From Octopus sinensis (taxonomy: Eukaryota), in contig NC_043014.1 in the NCBI RefSeq assembly GCF_006345805.1, positions 42,346,001-42,410,000 on the forward strand: 64,000 nucleotides of DNA, in the 5' to 3' direction. A model generated the notes under the pieces. It had not been told where the DNA came from, did no database searches, and was given only the letters and a program-made list of their open reading frames with translations. The position numbers were made by a program, and so were the translations under genes. Shown in pieces: positions 10,481 to 23,657 of the stretch. Every line of letters starts with the position of its first letter. The first letter of the stretch is position 1.

Positions 10481-10512
10481 AGAAAACATCAATAGTATTT
10501 GTCAAAAGAGAA

Positions 10513-10879
10513 TCTCTCTATATATAAACGGCAAAATGTCTGTGTGCGTGTCCTTTATACAAATCCACAATTTTTCAGTTAGAGGGCTCGCACTTTCTAT
10601 GGTTGTTCAAAACCGTTCAAGGGTGGTCGTGCACATCTTTACTTTTCCCCAGTCACCCCACAAAGCCATTACAAAAAAATCAATAGAAGTGACTTTTTTG
10701 TGAATTTTCTATTCAAAACCCAATCAAAATGCCCGAAACTTGATACGGCAATTGAATGCCAGCTAGCTGTATGTGATAGGTCAGAGATTTGGACAGTACT
10801 CACGTGTATGTGCGCATGCACGCAGCTGTATATGCATGCACTAGCACTATGACCCGGCGTTGTTGGGTCATAGTGCTAG
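10513..10879 (+). mobile_element. Non-autonomous Helitron-like element
   Basis: Starts A|TCtctctatatataaa and ends CTAG|T. Subterminal hairpin actagcactatgaccc-N9-gggtcatagtgctagt; no TSD. Confidence 0.75.
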
Positions 10880-11186
10880 TTATTATAATATATGAAAGTA
10901 ATTGCTTATTTCAAGCTCTCTTTTTTCAAAGGATTTTCTGCTCTGTATAAAAGGTTGTCTGTGTGATTATCTTTAATCTTTAATCTTTTATTTAAGCCAT
11001 TAGGCTACAGGCATGCTGGGGTATCCCTTGAAAAATTGTCGAATGAATTGACCCCAGTATCTTTTTGTTTTTTTAAGTCTGGTACTCATTCTATTAGCCT
11101 CTTCTGCCAAACTGGTAAGTTACGGGGATGCAAACAAACCGACACCTGTTGCCAAGCAGTAGTGTGGGACAAACATAGGTAGACAG

Positions 11187-11229
<43 letters not shown>

Positions 11230-11413
11230 CTCTTTTTTACTTGTTTCAGTCATGTGAATGTGGCCATGCTGGAGCACCGCCTTTAGTCGAGCAAATCGAC
11301 CCCCAGGACTTATTCTTTGTAAGCCTAGTACTTATTCTATTGGTCTCTTTTGCTGAACATAAACACACCAGCATTGGTTGCCAAGCAATGTTGGGGGGGG
11401 GGGGACAAACACA

Positions 11414-11466
<53 letters not shown>

Positions 11467-11625
11467 TGGCTTCTTTCAGTTTGCGTCTACCAAATCCACT
11501 CACAAGGCATTGGTCGGCCTGGGGCTATAGCAGAAGACACTTGCCCAAGATGCCACGCAGTGGGACTGAACCCAGAACCATGTGGTTCGTAAGCAAGCTA
11601 CTTACCACACAGCCATTCCTACGCC
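11230..11625 (-). mobile_element. Full-length tRNA-derived SINE family A (CORE-like) with internal (TA/TG)n
   Basis: Minus: ggaatggctgtgtggtaagtagcttgct..ggttctgggttcagtcccactgcgtggcatcttgggcaagtgtc..., internal microsatellite, tail ..gactgaaacaagtaaaa. Confidence 0.85.
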
Positions 11626-12330
11626 TATATATATATATATATACATATATAAAATCAAAAGACGCAACAAGGATATCCAAGGGAGGTTTGGCTGATATTT
11701 TTAACAGGCTGAATAGTGGACCCCTATGTATTGTCACCAGCACTTTACTGTTGTCCAAGTAGACAATACATAGAAGCTAAACTGTGCTGAAGCTGGAGAG
11801 AAAGAGGATTCTACACTTTGAATGCTTTCTGTCAACCACGATGTGACTAATGAGAGACACACCCTATGCACTGCTATTAATTAAAAAATATATATTGAGA
11901 ATTTAGAAAGATTTAGTAAAACAACTCTTTTCATTTCATAAGTGGAGGTTTTGAACATAACAAAAGGCCCTTACATAAAATTACTATGACCGAAGGTTTA
12001 ATTTTAAAATGAACACTTTAATACAAGAGGATGTGTTTCACAGAATCAGAGGTCAGCTGGGAACAAAAGGGCTAACTTATAACATGACCCAGTTTTTTTA
12101 TCCTTCAAAGGTCAACAACAAAAGCATAGGACATGTAGTTTAATTCAGCATATGTGTTCTTAGAAGCATGTGGATTTATGCTAAGGTATGTAACTGTTTT
12201 GAGTTCAAATCACATGGGACAAAGTCTGGGATGGCTTCAATCAACTATTTATTACTGCCTTTCCAAGTTAAAAGAAATCACACATGTGCAACTGGGTATG
12301 TATGAACACACTCAATTGTGAATTTACGTA

Positions 12331-13177
12331 CCTATTTCTTTATTACCCACAAGGGGCTAAACACAGAGTGGACAAACAAGGACGGACAAACAGATTAAGT
12401 CGATAATATCGATCCTAGTGCGTAACTGGTACTTATTTAATCGACCCCAAAAGGATGAAAGGCAAAGTCGACCTCGACGGAATTTGAACTCAGACGAAAT
12501 GCCTATTTCTTTACTACCCACAAGGGGCTAAACATAGAGAGGACAAACAGATTAAGTCGATAATATCAACTCCAGTGCGTAACTGGTACTTATTTAATCG
12601 ACCCCGAAAGGATGAAAGGCAAAATCGACCTCGACGGAATTTGAACTCAGACGAAATGCCTATTTCTTTACTACCCACAAGGGGCTAAACACAGAGAGGA
12701 CAAACAGATTAAGTCGATAATATCAACTCCAGTGCGTAACTGGTACTTATTTAATCGACCCCAAAAGGATGAAAGGCAAAGTCGACCTCGACGGAATTTG
12801 AACTCAGACGAAATGCCTATTTCTTTACTACCCACAAGGGGCTAAACACAGAGAGGACAAACAGATTAAGTCGATAATATTGACTCCAGTGCGTAACTGG
12901 TACTTATTTAATCGACCCCAAAAGGATGAAAGGCAAAGTCGACCTCGACGGAATTTGAACTCAGACGAAATGCCTATTTCTTTACTACCCACAAGGGGCT
13001 AAACACAGAGAGGACAAACAGATTAAGTCGATAATATCGACTCCAGTGCGTAACTGGTACTTATTTAATCGACCCCGAAAGGATGAAAGGCAAAGTTGAC
13101 CTCAGAACATACTGGCAGACGAAATACTGCTAAGCATTTCGCCCGGCGTGCTAACGTTTCTGCCAGCTCGCTGCCTT
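12331..13177 (-). mobile_element. Pentameric tRNA-derived SINE family B (Meta-domain-like), about 157-bp internal unit
   Basis: One head (ggcagcgagctggcagaaacgttagcacgccgggcg) followed by five units containing gaggtcgactttgcctttcatcctt.cggggtcga..aagtaccag. Confidence 0.85.
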
Positions 13178-14453
13178 ATTGTGAATTTATGTACCATCAT
13201 CATCACCATCGTTTCACATCCGTTTTCCATGCTGGCATGGAACGACTTGCACAAATGATTTGTTTATAACAATCAGGTGTATGGACTGGTTCATTAATTC
13301 CCTCCCCCCATCAAATCGACATTAACTGAACAGGTGCACAAGTGTGTTGCTACATGTCAGGTGTTGAAATGATTACAGTGCAACATGAACTGAAGTGATT
13401 TGCTCAAGAACACAACACAACAAACTCACTTGGTCCAGGAATTGAACTCAAGATCAAGTGATTGTGAGTACAACACCCTAACCACCAGGCCACGCATGCA
13501 TATAATATATTGGTATTTATCAATCGCAAAGGGATTTGAAGATGGATTTTAGAAAGCACAATGAAATTAAACACAGTCAAATAGTTAAGTCTAGTGCTTT
13601 ACCATTACTGCCAACTAACCGTCCATCACTTGTGTAGTAATGTGTTAATTGTAAAGGAAGGAAATTACCCTAAAATATAGTCTTGTTGGTGAAGAAAAAA
13701 AAGAAAAAAAGTCCCATATATCTGTTAAAGATGGTTGGAAGAAAGTGGCAGGGGGGAGAGGTGGGTTCCTATAAAAGGTTTGTTAAATGAATGTTATTGA
13801 ATAGGGTGAGAGCAATTGTGTTGAAGGGAAGAAAATCAATGAAATCTTCAATGCACATATAATGGTTAACCAAATGGAAAGGCCTTTTTTTTTTTTTTAC
13901 ACGCCACCCCGCTCCCGCCATTCACCTCCGATTTTCTATGATTGTTACTACTTTTCTTTTGTCTTCTTCTTCTTCCCCCACCCCCTCAATTACTGATAAG
14001 TAAAAGCAAACACAAAAATACAAATACTCTGTTGTACGCATTCTCTATCTTACACACGTGTACTTTTACACGATAAAGTACACACACACACAAAAGACAT
14101 TCACACATTTGTAAATGGCAGGCTTACACAAACTTACACACCCAACAGCCAATACCTATCCATATACAAGGAATCAGATATTCACACATATCTGACATCA
14201 TGGAGACTAGCAAGTTTGTACCTAAATCTCATCAACCATATATATATTTTTTTCGTTTCTATCCAGTCACTTGCAGAATTTATCTCTCCCCATCACCGTA
14301 GACTTTTTAGTAAGTGCTCGTCTTTTAAACAAGAATTCCCTGAACCGATTTCTCCTTTGACAAAACCTGCACAATGCAAATATCCCATTCTAACTCAAAC
14401 AGCATGAAGACATGAAGACGAGCACATGGATGAGACTTTCCAAAGAATATATA

Positions 14454-14871
14454 CCTATTTCTTTATTACCCACAAGGGGCTAAACACAGAGGGGACAAAC
14501 AAGGACAGACAAACGGATTAAGTCAATTACATCGTCCCCAGTGCATAACTGGTACTTAATTTATCAACCCCGAAAGGATGAAAGGCAAAGTCGACCTCAG
14601 CGAAATTTGAACTCAGAACGTAACGGCCGACGAAATACCTATTTCTTTACTACCCACAAGGGACTAAACACAGAGGGGACAAACAAGGACAGACAAACGG
14701 ATTAAGTCGATTACATCGCCCTCAGTGCATAACTGGTACTTAATTTATTGACCCCGAAAGGATGAAAGGCAAAGTCGACCTCGGCGGAATTTGAACTCAG
14801 AACGTAACGGCAGACGAAATACTGCTAAGCATTTCGCCCGGCGTGCTAACGTTTCTGCCAGCTCGCCGTCC
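14454..14871 (-). mobile_element. Dimeric SINE family B
   Basis: Same head and two body units, joined at the same gacgaaatacctatttcttta junction. Confidence 0.85.
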
Positions 14872-15669
14872 TTATCCACCTTAACCACAGAACCTTCTTC
14901 CCTCTGACCCCTACCACGACAGGTACTACCAGCCCAGGGCAGACTGGGCCTGGGTGCAGTGGCAACTAAGAGTCAACTCCATACTACAGAAGCCTGAAGA
15001 TAGAGCCTCACCGCCAAATGCAGTTTAATTAATATCTTTGCTAACTGGGATAATTCTAGCTGGTGGGCTTTTGGCCCTATGCCTGTTGGATCAACATCGT
15101 CTAGGTTAAATAAAAAAATAACACCACCCTATCTATCTACTATACTCCTAACCACCTCAAATAGATTCTTCTTTCACCAACGTAGGCCACGGCTATATTT
15201 TCAGACAAGGTTATATGATAATAACGATAATCAACCCCAAGACTTATTGTTTGTAAGCCCAGTACCTATTCTATTGGTCGCTTTTGCCAAACTGCTAAGT
15301 TACGGGGATGTAGACACACCAACATAGGTTGTCAAGCAATGGTGTGTTTGTGTGGGGGCGACAAACACAGACACATATATATATACAATGGGCTTCTTTC
15401 AGTTTTTGGCCCTATGTTGGATCAACATTGACTAGGTTAAATAAAAAATAACACCACCCTATCTATCTATTATACTCCTAACCACCTCAAATAGATTCTT
15501 CTTTCACCAATGTAGGCCACGGCTATATTTTCAGACAAGGTTATATGATAATAGCGATAATGGTTTTACAATGAATACTTCTGAAATTGCTAAGCTCTAA
15601 GAACAAAAAAAAGGACTACAGCATTCTATTCGTTTTAACCAAGCAACAACATCCAACACAGTAGAGTCA

Positions 15670-15875
15670 TTTACTCTTTACTCTCTTTTATTCTTTGACT
15701 GTGGCCATGCTGGAGCACCGCCTTTAATTGAGCAACTCGACCCCGGGACTTATTCTTTTGTAAGCCCAGTACTTATTCTATCGGTCTCTTTTGCCGAACC
15801 GCTAAGTAACGGGGACATAAACACACCAGCATCGGTTGTCAAGCAATGCTAGGGGGACAAACACAGACACACAAA

Positions 15876-15924
<49 letters not shown>

Positions 15925-16085
15925 GATGGGCTTCTTTCAGTTTCCGTCCACCAAATCCACTCACAAGGCTTTGGTCGGCCTGAGGCTATAGTAGAAGACA
16001 CTTGCCCAAGGTGCCACGCAGTGGGACTGTACCCGGAACAATGTGGTTGGTAAACAAGCTACTTACCACACAGCCACTTCTGCAC
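15670..16085 (-). mobile_element. SINE family A, full length
   Basis: Same head, core, (TA)n and tail as 11230-11625. Confidence 0.85.
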
Positions 16086-16797
16086 CCATTTACTAAAGTT
16101 TTCCGTAAAAAACATTTTCTAAATAGTAACTCAAGAATTAAAACGCCAACATTTACAAACCAGAAACAGTATTCATTACTAAGTTACACTAATTTGGGAC
16201 CTAATTTTTATATTTTAGTTTATTTACCATAACCGTTCAAATATTGAACAAGACTGGAGCCACTTTCCAGCCAAGAACTTTTGACGACTGAAATATGGTA
16301 AGCTGAATATTGTAAACAAGGTAGATTATTTAATTGGAAACACTGCTCGTTATGGTAGTTGTAGACTAACCTGACCTAGTTTGTTAATGTTACTAACAGC
16401 ATACAAGTGTTGATGGAAAAAAAAACCCAACAAAAAAAAAAAAAAAAAAAAGAAAGAAACAAGCATGAGGCAAAGGACTAGAATCAGTAAGGCACATTGA
16501 TTACTTAAATGCAAGTCCAGCTGAATATTGGAAACAAAAGAAAACTTCAATATTGATCTCTTAAAAATAAATAGCGTACGTTAAAAGGAAAGAAACACTC
16601 TTTTTTTATAAATAATGCACAAGTGAGGGTATTAATAGAAGATTCGATATACTTAAGTGGACCGAAATGGAAATGGATATAAATTTGGGGTGCATTGATG
16701 GCAACGGTAATAGGGCTGTGATTGTAAGAGGAAAGGAGGGGTGGGTAAGACAAAAAAAAAAAAAACAAAAAAAAAAAGCAGACTATTTTTCTCAATT

Positions 16798-17180
16798 GTC
16801 TGGCACCTGTGTCGGTGGCACATAAGAAAACACCATATCCGGGCGTGGCCGTCTGCCAGCCTCGTCTGGCACCTGTGTCGGTGGCACATAAAAAGCACCA
16901 TCCGAGCGTGGACGTCTGCCAGCCTCGTCTGGCACCTGTGTCGGTGGCACATAGAAAACACCATCCGAGCGTGGCCATCTGCCAGCCTCGACTGGCACCT
17001 GTGTCGGTGGCACATAAAATCACCCACTACACTCTCGGAGTGGTTGGCGTTAGGAAGGGCATCCAGCTGTAGAAACTCTGCCAGATCTGACTGGCCTGGT
17101 GCAGCCTTCGGGCTTGCCAGACCCCAGTTGAACCGTCCAACCCATGCTAGCATGGAAAGCAGACGTTAAACGATGATGAT
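16798..17180 (+). mobile_element. RTE-LINE 3' tail with about 4 tandem 60-70-bp units and (GAT)n end
   Basis: Repeats of ctggcacctgtgtcggtggcacata, then ggcgttaggaagggcatccagctgtag...gacgttaaacgatgatgatg. Confidence 0.75.
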
Positions 17181-17189
17181 GTTAATGAT

Positions 17190-17373
17190 TATTTTATTCA
17201 TAGTTTTGAATAACCATGTGTTATCTTGTAGCTTTGAGATTTCGATGACTGATCATTTATTAATCAGAATGACATTGCACGGTAGGTGTGGGAGACAAGA
17301 TCTGGCAAGTTTGGACACAAACACAGATGGAACATTAGGCCAGGACGTGGCCAGTTTAAATGTTAAAGGGTTA
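17190..17373. mobile_element. Diverged, inverted copy of the piggyBac-like MITE
   Basis: ggccaggacgtggccagtttaaatgttaaagggtta is the reverse complement of the MITE left end. Confidence 0.55.
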
Positions 17374-17482
17374 TTAAACTTCAGCCAAATATCTACAGTC
17401 CAATGTGTTCTGTTCGATAGCACGACACACACACAGAAAACAGCCCTGATCCAGAGCATGGGAATCAATTCTTTTATTCTTC

Positions 17483-17871
17483 CATTTGTTTCAGTCATTT
17501 GGCTATGGCCATGCTGGAGCACTGCCTTTCGTCGAACAAATCAACCCCAAGACTTATTCTTTGTAAGCCCAGTACCTATTCTATCAGTCTCTTTTGCCAA
17601 ACTGCTAAGTTACGGGGACATAGAAACACCAACATTAGTGGTCAAGCAATAGTGTGGGGGGACGACAACAAACAGTCACACACACACACATATATATATA
17701 TATATACAATAGGCTTCTTTCAGTTCCCAGCTGCCAAATTCACCCACAAGGCTTTGGTCAGCTCAAGGCTATAGTAGAAGACACTTGACCAAAGTGCAAT
17801 GCAGTGGGACTGAACCCAGAACCATGTGGTTGGTAAGCAAGCTACTTACTACACAGCCACTCCTCTGCCTC

Positions 17872-17908
<37 letters not shown>

Positions 17909-18860
17909 GTATACACTCACATGTATGTATATATATTTTACTTGTTTCAGTCATTAGACTGTGGCCATGCTGGGGCACTGCCTTGAAGAATATTTAGCTG
18001 AATGAATCGACTCCAGTACTTACATTTCTTTAAAGCCTGGTACTTATTCTATTGGTCTCTTTTGCCAGACTGCTAAGTTACAGGGACAATCAGAGACACA
18101 CATACAGTTCTCTTTCTCTGTATATATATATATATATACATACATACACACACAATGGACATCTTTCAGTTTCCGTTGACCAAATACACTCATAAAGTTT
18201 TGGTTGTCCCGAGACTATAGTAGAAGACACTTGTCCAATGTGCCACGCAGTGGGACTGAACCCAGAACTATGTGGCTGAGAAGCAAACTTCTTATCACAC
18301 AGCCACACAAGACACATATGCATACCACAGTGTACACCATAATTAGTCTCAATAAGGTAGTTTTCACAAAAAAAAAAATGCTCAACAAATGTCTAAATAA
18401 ATTATTAAATTGCTTGTGGTTTTGACATGAAAGAGTCAACTTTTGATATGGGACATGGAAAAATACACAGACACACAAACATATACTCATAAACATAGAC
18501 AAACATAACAGTGTAGATATTTACAGATTATCTGTGGAAAATGTTTAGACTACCATAAAAAAAAATAAAAAGGAGAAAAACACATTTCATGAATTACTTC
18601 TGTTTTTTTTTTTTTTTAATTTTAGACTTTCATTTATATATATGAACAGATATACTCTTTTACTTGTTTCAGTCATTTGACTGCGGCCATGCTGGAGCAC
18701 CGCCTTTAGTCGAGCAAATTGACCCTGGGACTTATTCTTTGTAAGCCCAGTACTTATTCTATCGGTCTCTTTTTGCCGAACCGCTAAGTGACGGGGACGT
18801 AAACACACCAGCATCGGTTGTCAACCAAGGCTAGGGGGACAAACACAGACACAAAAATAG

Positions 18861-18891
<31 letters not shown>

Positions 18892-19055
18892 CGACAGGCT
18901 TCTTTCAGTTTCCGTCTACCAAATCCACTCACAAGGCATTTGTCGGCCTGGGGCTATAGCAGAAGACACTTGCCCAAGATGCCACGCAGTGGGACTGAAC
19001 CTGGAGACATGTGATTGGTTAGCAAGCTACTTACCACACAGCCACTCCCGCGCCT
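17483..19055 (-). mobile_element. Cluster of three SINE family A copies (about 17483-17870, 17935-18306, 18655-19055)
   Basis: Each runs ttgtttcagtcatt..gccatgctgg...agaagacacttg...gggactgaacc...cacagcc on the plus strand. Confidence 0.8.
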
Positions 19056-20106
19056 GTTCATTAACTTAGAAATATCTTCCCCCGAAAAGTGGTTCAGTAA
19101 GAGGAGGACAAAACTGTTTTGCGTCTTTGTATTGCAGCATATATATACGCTAAAAACTGCAGCAAGAACGTAATATAAAAACAAAAAAAAGAAAGAAAAA
19201 AAAAGTTGTAAATAATGCATAATTTTTAGAAGAAAAAAAAACTAAAAAAAAAAAACAAGGTTGGTCCACGAACGCATAATAATTCTACATTTGCAAGAAA
19301 TGATGAAGGAAAAAAAATAAAAAAAAAAATTCCCTCCTCAAACAATAAAAAAAAAATACGACAAACAAAACAGAAGAGAAATTGTATTCGAGACAAGAAG
19401 CGAAAGAAGAAGAAGAAAAAAAAAAATGGTTCCAAACTATTTGTAACAGATTACAACTTGAGGAATTTCTACAGTAAAGACATATTTAGTATCGGTAAAA
19501 AAAAAGTTATGTTGTTAAAAAACATGATCTAACTAGTGTTGCTATAGCATGCATACTGGCTACAGCTTGTCGTGATTGGAAGCTATTTAGAGAATTTCTT
19601 TCTGCTCTTGCAGGAGACAAAGGGGTTACACATCCTCCTGCCCTCTTGTAATCTCGAAAAAGATGGTTTTTTTAATGATAAAAATACTCTTTTTTTTTTT
19701 TTACTCTTTTACTTGTTTCAGTCATTTGACTGTGGCCATACTGGAGCAACTCGACCCCAGGACTTATTCTTTTTGTAAGCCCAATACTTATTCTATCGGT
19801 CTCTTTTTGCCGAACCGCTAAGTAACGGGGACATAAACACACCATGAGTGTAGTGGGTGCTCTTTACGTACCACCTGCACAGGTGCCAGGCGAGGCTGGC
19901 AATGGCCACGATCGGATTGGTGCATTTTACGTGCCACCGGCACGGAAGCCAGTCAAGGCGGCGCTGGCATTGGCCACGATTCAGATGGTGCTTTTTACGT
20001 GCCACCGAAGATGACAAAGAAACTCGAAGAGAGTAAGAAGTTTATGAAGAAATGTTAAAGAGCAGGATGGAATTCACTGTGGTATTTTGTCCAGAGCCGC
20101 TGCACT

Positions 20107-20555
20107 TTGGCTTCAAATGCCACAAGGTCAACAAAAGTACCAATTCTACTATACGGCTCAGAGACCTGGACGTTATCAAAGAAGCTTGAGAGGCGGTTGG
20201 ATAGAACTTACACTCGCCTCCTTACGAGGGCTCAAAATCTCTCGTGGAAGCGTCATCCAACCAAAGTACAAATATATGGGAAACTACCACCTGTATCATC
20301 TCTTGTGAAAGGTAGAAGAGTCCAGTTTGCTGGACATTGTTGTAGAGCTGAAAACGAGGTAATTTCTACTCTTCTCCTCTGGAAGCCATCTGCTTGCAAT
20401 ACCAGAGGGTGCACACTCTCCTACCCTGATGTAATCTCCAGGGATACAGGCATCCAGCAACAGGACCTCCGTAATGCTATGATGGACCGTGAAGTCTGGC
20501 GTAGCATGGTAAATTCCATTGTCTCAACCACGGTCAAACAATGATGATGATGATG
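20107..20555 (+). mobile_element. 5'-truncated RTE-clade LINE (C-terminal end of RT ORF with (TGA)n tail)
   Basis: Translation PILLYGSETWTLSKKLERRLD...FAGHCCR...LLWKP...DREVWR is typical of RTE ORF C-termini and is followed by atgatgatgatg. Confidence 0.88.
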
Positions 20556-21074
20556 CATTGGATAAGATGTCCTGCGATAACTGTTTTGATGGTGGTGACC
20601 GTTCTGACACTGACACCCATCTGTAGTGTCAGCGTTACTATTTTCGATTGGAAAACATTGACTATAGAGAGCGGGGAGGCTAGTATTGACTCCTCCTGAC
20701 CCATGCTAGCGTGAAAATGGGCCTTACAGTGAATGCTGTAGGTTATCACTGATAGTTTATTTTACTGACTCTGGTAAACTGAAAAGGTTAAGGTGACCTA
20801 GAGCCATAAACTAGCAAAAATGCTTGTTTCCCTCGACTTAAATTCATCTGAATAAAGTATGAGTAACTGCCTCGCTTTGTCCACCCTAAAATAAAAGACA
20901 ACAATCTGAGACCTAGTGCCTATTCAAGAAATCAGGTAATGCTATAAACTGTACACACAATCTTTTCCCTTCTACTATCAGAAATAGCTTTCCTATGACA
21001 TATGTTATATATGGTTGAATACAGCTTGCCTTTGTTACTGTATTACATGTGTGCGCGTATGTATATATAAAGCA

Positions 21075-21298
21075 GTGAGCTGGAAGAAATGTCAGCACGC
21101 CGGGCGAAATGCTTAGCGGTATTTCGTCTGCCTTTACGTTCTGAGTTCAAATTCCGCCGAGGTCGACTTTGCCTGTCATCCTTTCAGTACCAGTAAATAA
21201 AGTACCAGTTTCGCACTGGGATCCATGTAATCGACTTAATCCTTTGTCTGTCCATGTTTGTCCCCCTCTATGTCTAGCCCCTTGTGGGTAGTAAAGCA
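21075..21298 (+). mobile_element. SINE family B
   Basis: gagctggaagaaatgtcagcacgccgggcgaaatgcttagcggtatttcgtc...gaggtcgactttgcc...agccccttgtggg. Confidence 0.8.
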
Positions 21299-21366
21299 AT
21301 ATATATATATATATATATTTCAAAATAGAAAATTACCCTTTAACAGGCATTTTTACATGTATCTTA

Positions 21367-21413
<47 letters not shown>

Positions 21414-21478
21414 ATCTGTGCATTACCTACAAACATGTAAAACAATAAATGTGACTTGAAATCACTTGCCTGTCTTAC

Positions 21479-21479
<1 letters not shown>

Positions 21480-21524
<45 letters not shown>

Positions 21525-21632
21525 GTGTGTGTGTGAGTATGTATATATTTGTATATATATGTATATATATGTATATATATATATATATACGTATATATAT
21601 GTATATATATATATATATATACGTATATATAT
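21480..21632. repeat. Compound (AT/AC/GT)n microsatellite
   Basis: Direct inspection. Confidence 0.9.
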
Positions 21633-22419
21633 TCCGGTTGTAAATTGTGAATAAGCCACCTTTATCATTATTTATATATGTGTTTGTGTGTCCATATAAA
21701 TGTAGGTGAATGTCTTTGGCTTGGCATCAACAGAAAGTAGTGGAACAGAGTTAATTTGCTTGCTTTAATAAGAACAAACATACTCTTTAGTAACTTTTCA
21801 GACGTTAGACACAGGAATAAAATACAAAATAAAAGTGAACACACACACACACACACAACAAGAGACACGAAACAAAGGAAGTGTAAAAGATGAAAGCAGT
21901 AAAAACAGTGAAAGACCTTGTCCTGTTCATATGGCAAATGATGCATAGACGAAATACATTGAGCTCAGGCATTCTTTTATTTGGCATTTACAGTTAGGAG
22001 ATGCGTGTTTTTCCTTTTTTTGTTTTTTCTTTCTCTCTCTCTCGCTTGCTGGCTTACAACACATAAATTCCATAGCAATTAACATCGAATTCACTTCTTT
22101 ACCCCCTCGTAATAATAATAACAACGATAATACTAATAACGATAATGTTGCCACCACCTCCAGAAAGCTATTTTAGTGTTCGTAACAGTGATGTGTGTTA
22201 CAGGAGAATATATCTCTCTCTGAGTGCAGGTTTATGTTTATTGCAGATGGGAAGGAAGGAGAGAGAGAGAGAAGGAAGGAGAGTATGTGTGAAGGTGTAT
22301 GTAATATTCTCACAGTTGGACTGGTGTCATAATTCAAAGAATATATTGTTAGGATGAAGTAAATTGAAAAGATATTACGGAAGAGCACATTCCATTACGC
22401 AAGTATATTCGAATATTAT

Positions 22420-23215
22420 GCATCTCTTTTACTCTTTTACTTGTTTCAGTCATCTGACTGCGGCCATGCTGGAGCACCGCCTTTAATCGAGCAACTCGAC
22501 CCCGGGACTTATTACGTAAGTATATTCGAATATTATGCATCTCTTTTACTCGTTTCAGTCATCTGACTGCAGCCATGCTGGAGCATCGCCTTTTTTAATC
22601 GAGCAATTCGACCCCGGGACTTATTCTTTTTGTAAGCCCAGTACTTATTCTATCGGTCTCTTTTTGCCGAACCGCTAAGTAACGGGGACATAAACACACC
22701 AGCATCGGTTGTCAAGCAATGCTAGGGGGACAAACACACACACACATACATATATAAACGACAGGCTTCTTTCAGTTGCCGTCTACCAAATCCACTCACA
22801 AGGCTTTGGTCGGCCCAAGGTGCCATGCAGTGGGACTGAACCCGGAACCATGTAGTTGGTAAACAAGCTACTTACCACACAGCCATTCGGTTCAGTCATT
22901 AGACCTAGGCCATGCTGGAGCACCACCATGAAGACTTATTTATTTTTTTTTAATAACCTGCTACTTACTTTATCAGTCTCCATTTGCTGAATCGCTAAGT
23001 TACAGGGACATAAACAAACCAACACTGGCTGTCAAGTGCAAGTGGGGGCACAAACACAGACGACGGGCTTCTTTCAGTTTCCGTCTACCAAATCCACTCT
23101 GAAGGCTTTGGCCGGCCCGAAGCTATAGAAGAAGATACTTGCTCAAGGTGCCATGCAATGGGACTGAACCTGGAACCATGTGGTGTTGGGAAGCAAGCTT
23201 CTCACCATATAGCAG
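22420..23215 (-). mobile_element. Tandem SINE family A copies (partial duplicate plus two near-full copies)
   Basis: Family A tail, core and head motifs repeated; the flank attacg.aagtatattcgaatattatgcatctc is duplicated at about 22394 and 22511. Confidence 0.78.
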
Positions 23216-23256
23216 TGTCTGTTTCCCCTCCTCTCCCTCTGTGTGTGTGAATATAT

Positions 23257-23623
23257 AGGTGCAGGAGTGGATGTGTGGTAAGTAGTTTGCTTACCAACCA
23301 CATGGTTCCGGGTTCAGTCCCACTGCATGGCACCTTAGGCAAGTGTCTTCTACTATAGCCTCAGAAGAGTGGATTTGGTAGACAGAAACTGAAAGAAGCC
23401 TGTTATATATATGTACGTGTGTGTATATGTCTGTGTGTCTGTGTTTGTCCCCCTCAACATCACTTGACAACCGATGTTGGTGTGTTTACGTCCCTGTAAC
23501 TCAGCGGTTCGGCAAAAAAGACAGATAGAATAAGTACTAGGCTTACAAAGAATAAGTTCTGGGGTCGACTAAAGGCAGTGCTCCAGCATGGCCACAGTCA
23601 AATGACCGAAACAAGTACAAGAG
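23257..23623 (+). mobile_element. SINE family A, full length, plus orientation
   Basis: aggtgcaggagtggatgtgtggtaagtag..ggttccgggttcagtcccactg..ccttaggcaagtgtc...ccagcatggccacagtcaaatgaccgaaacaag. Confidence 0.85.
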
Positions 23624-23657
<34 letters not shown>

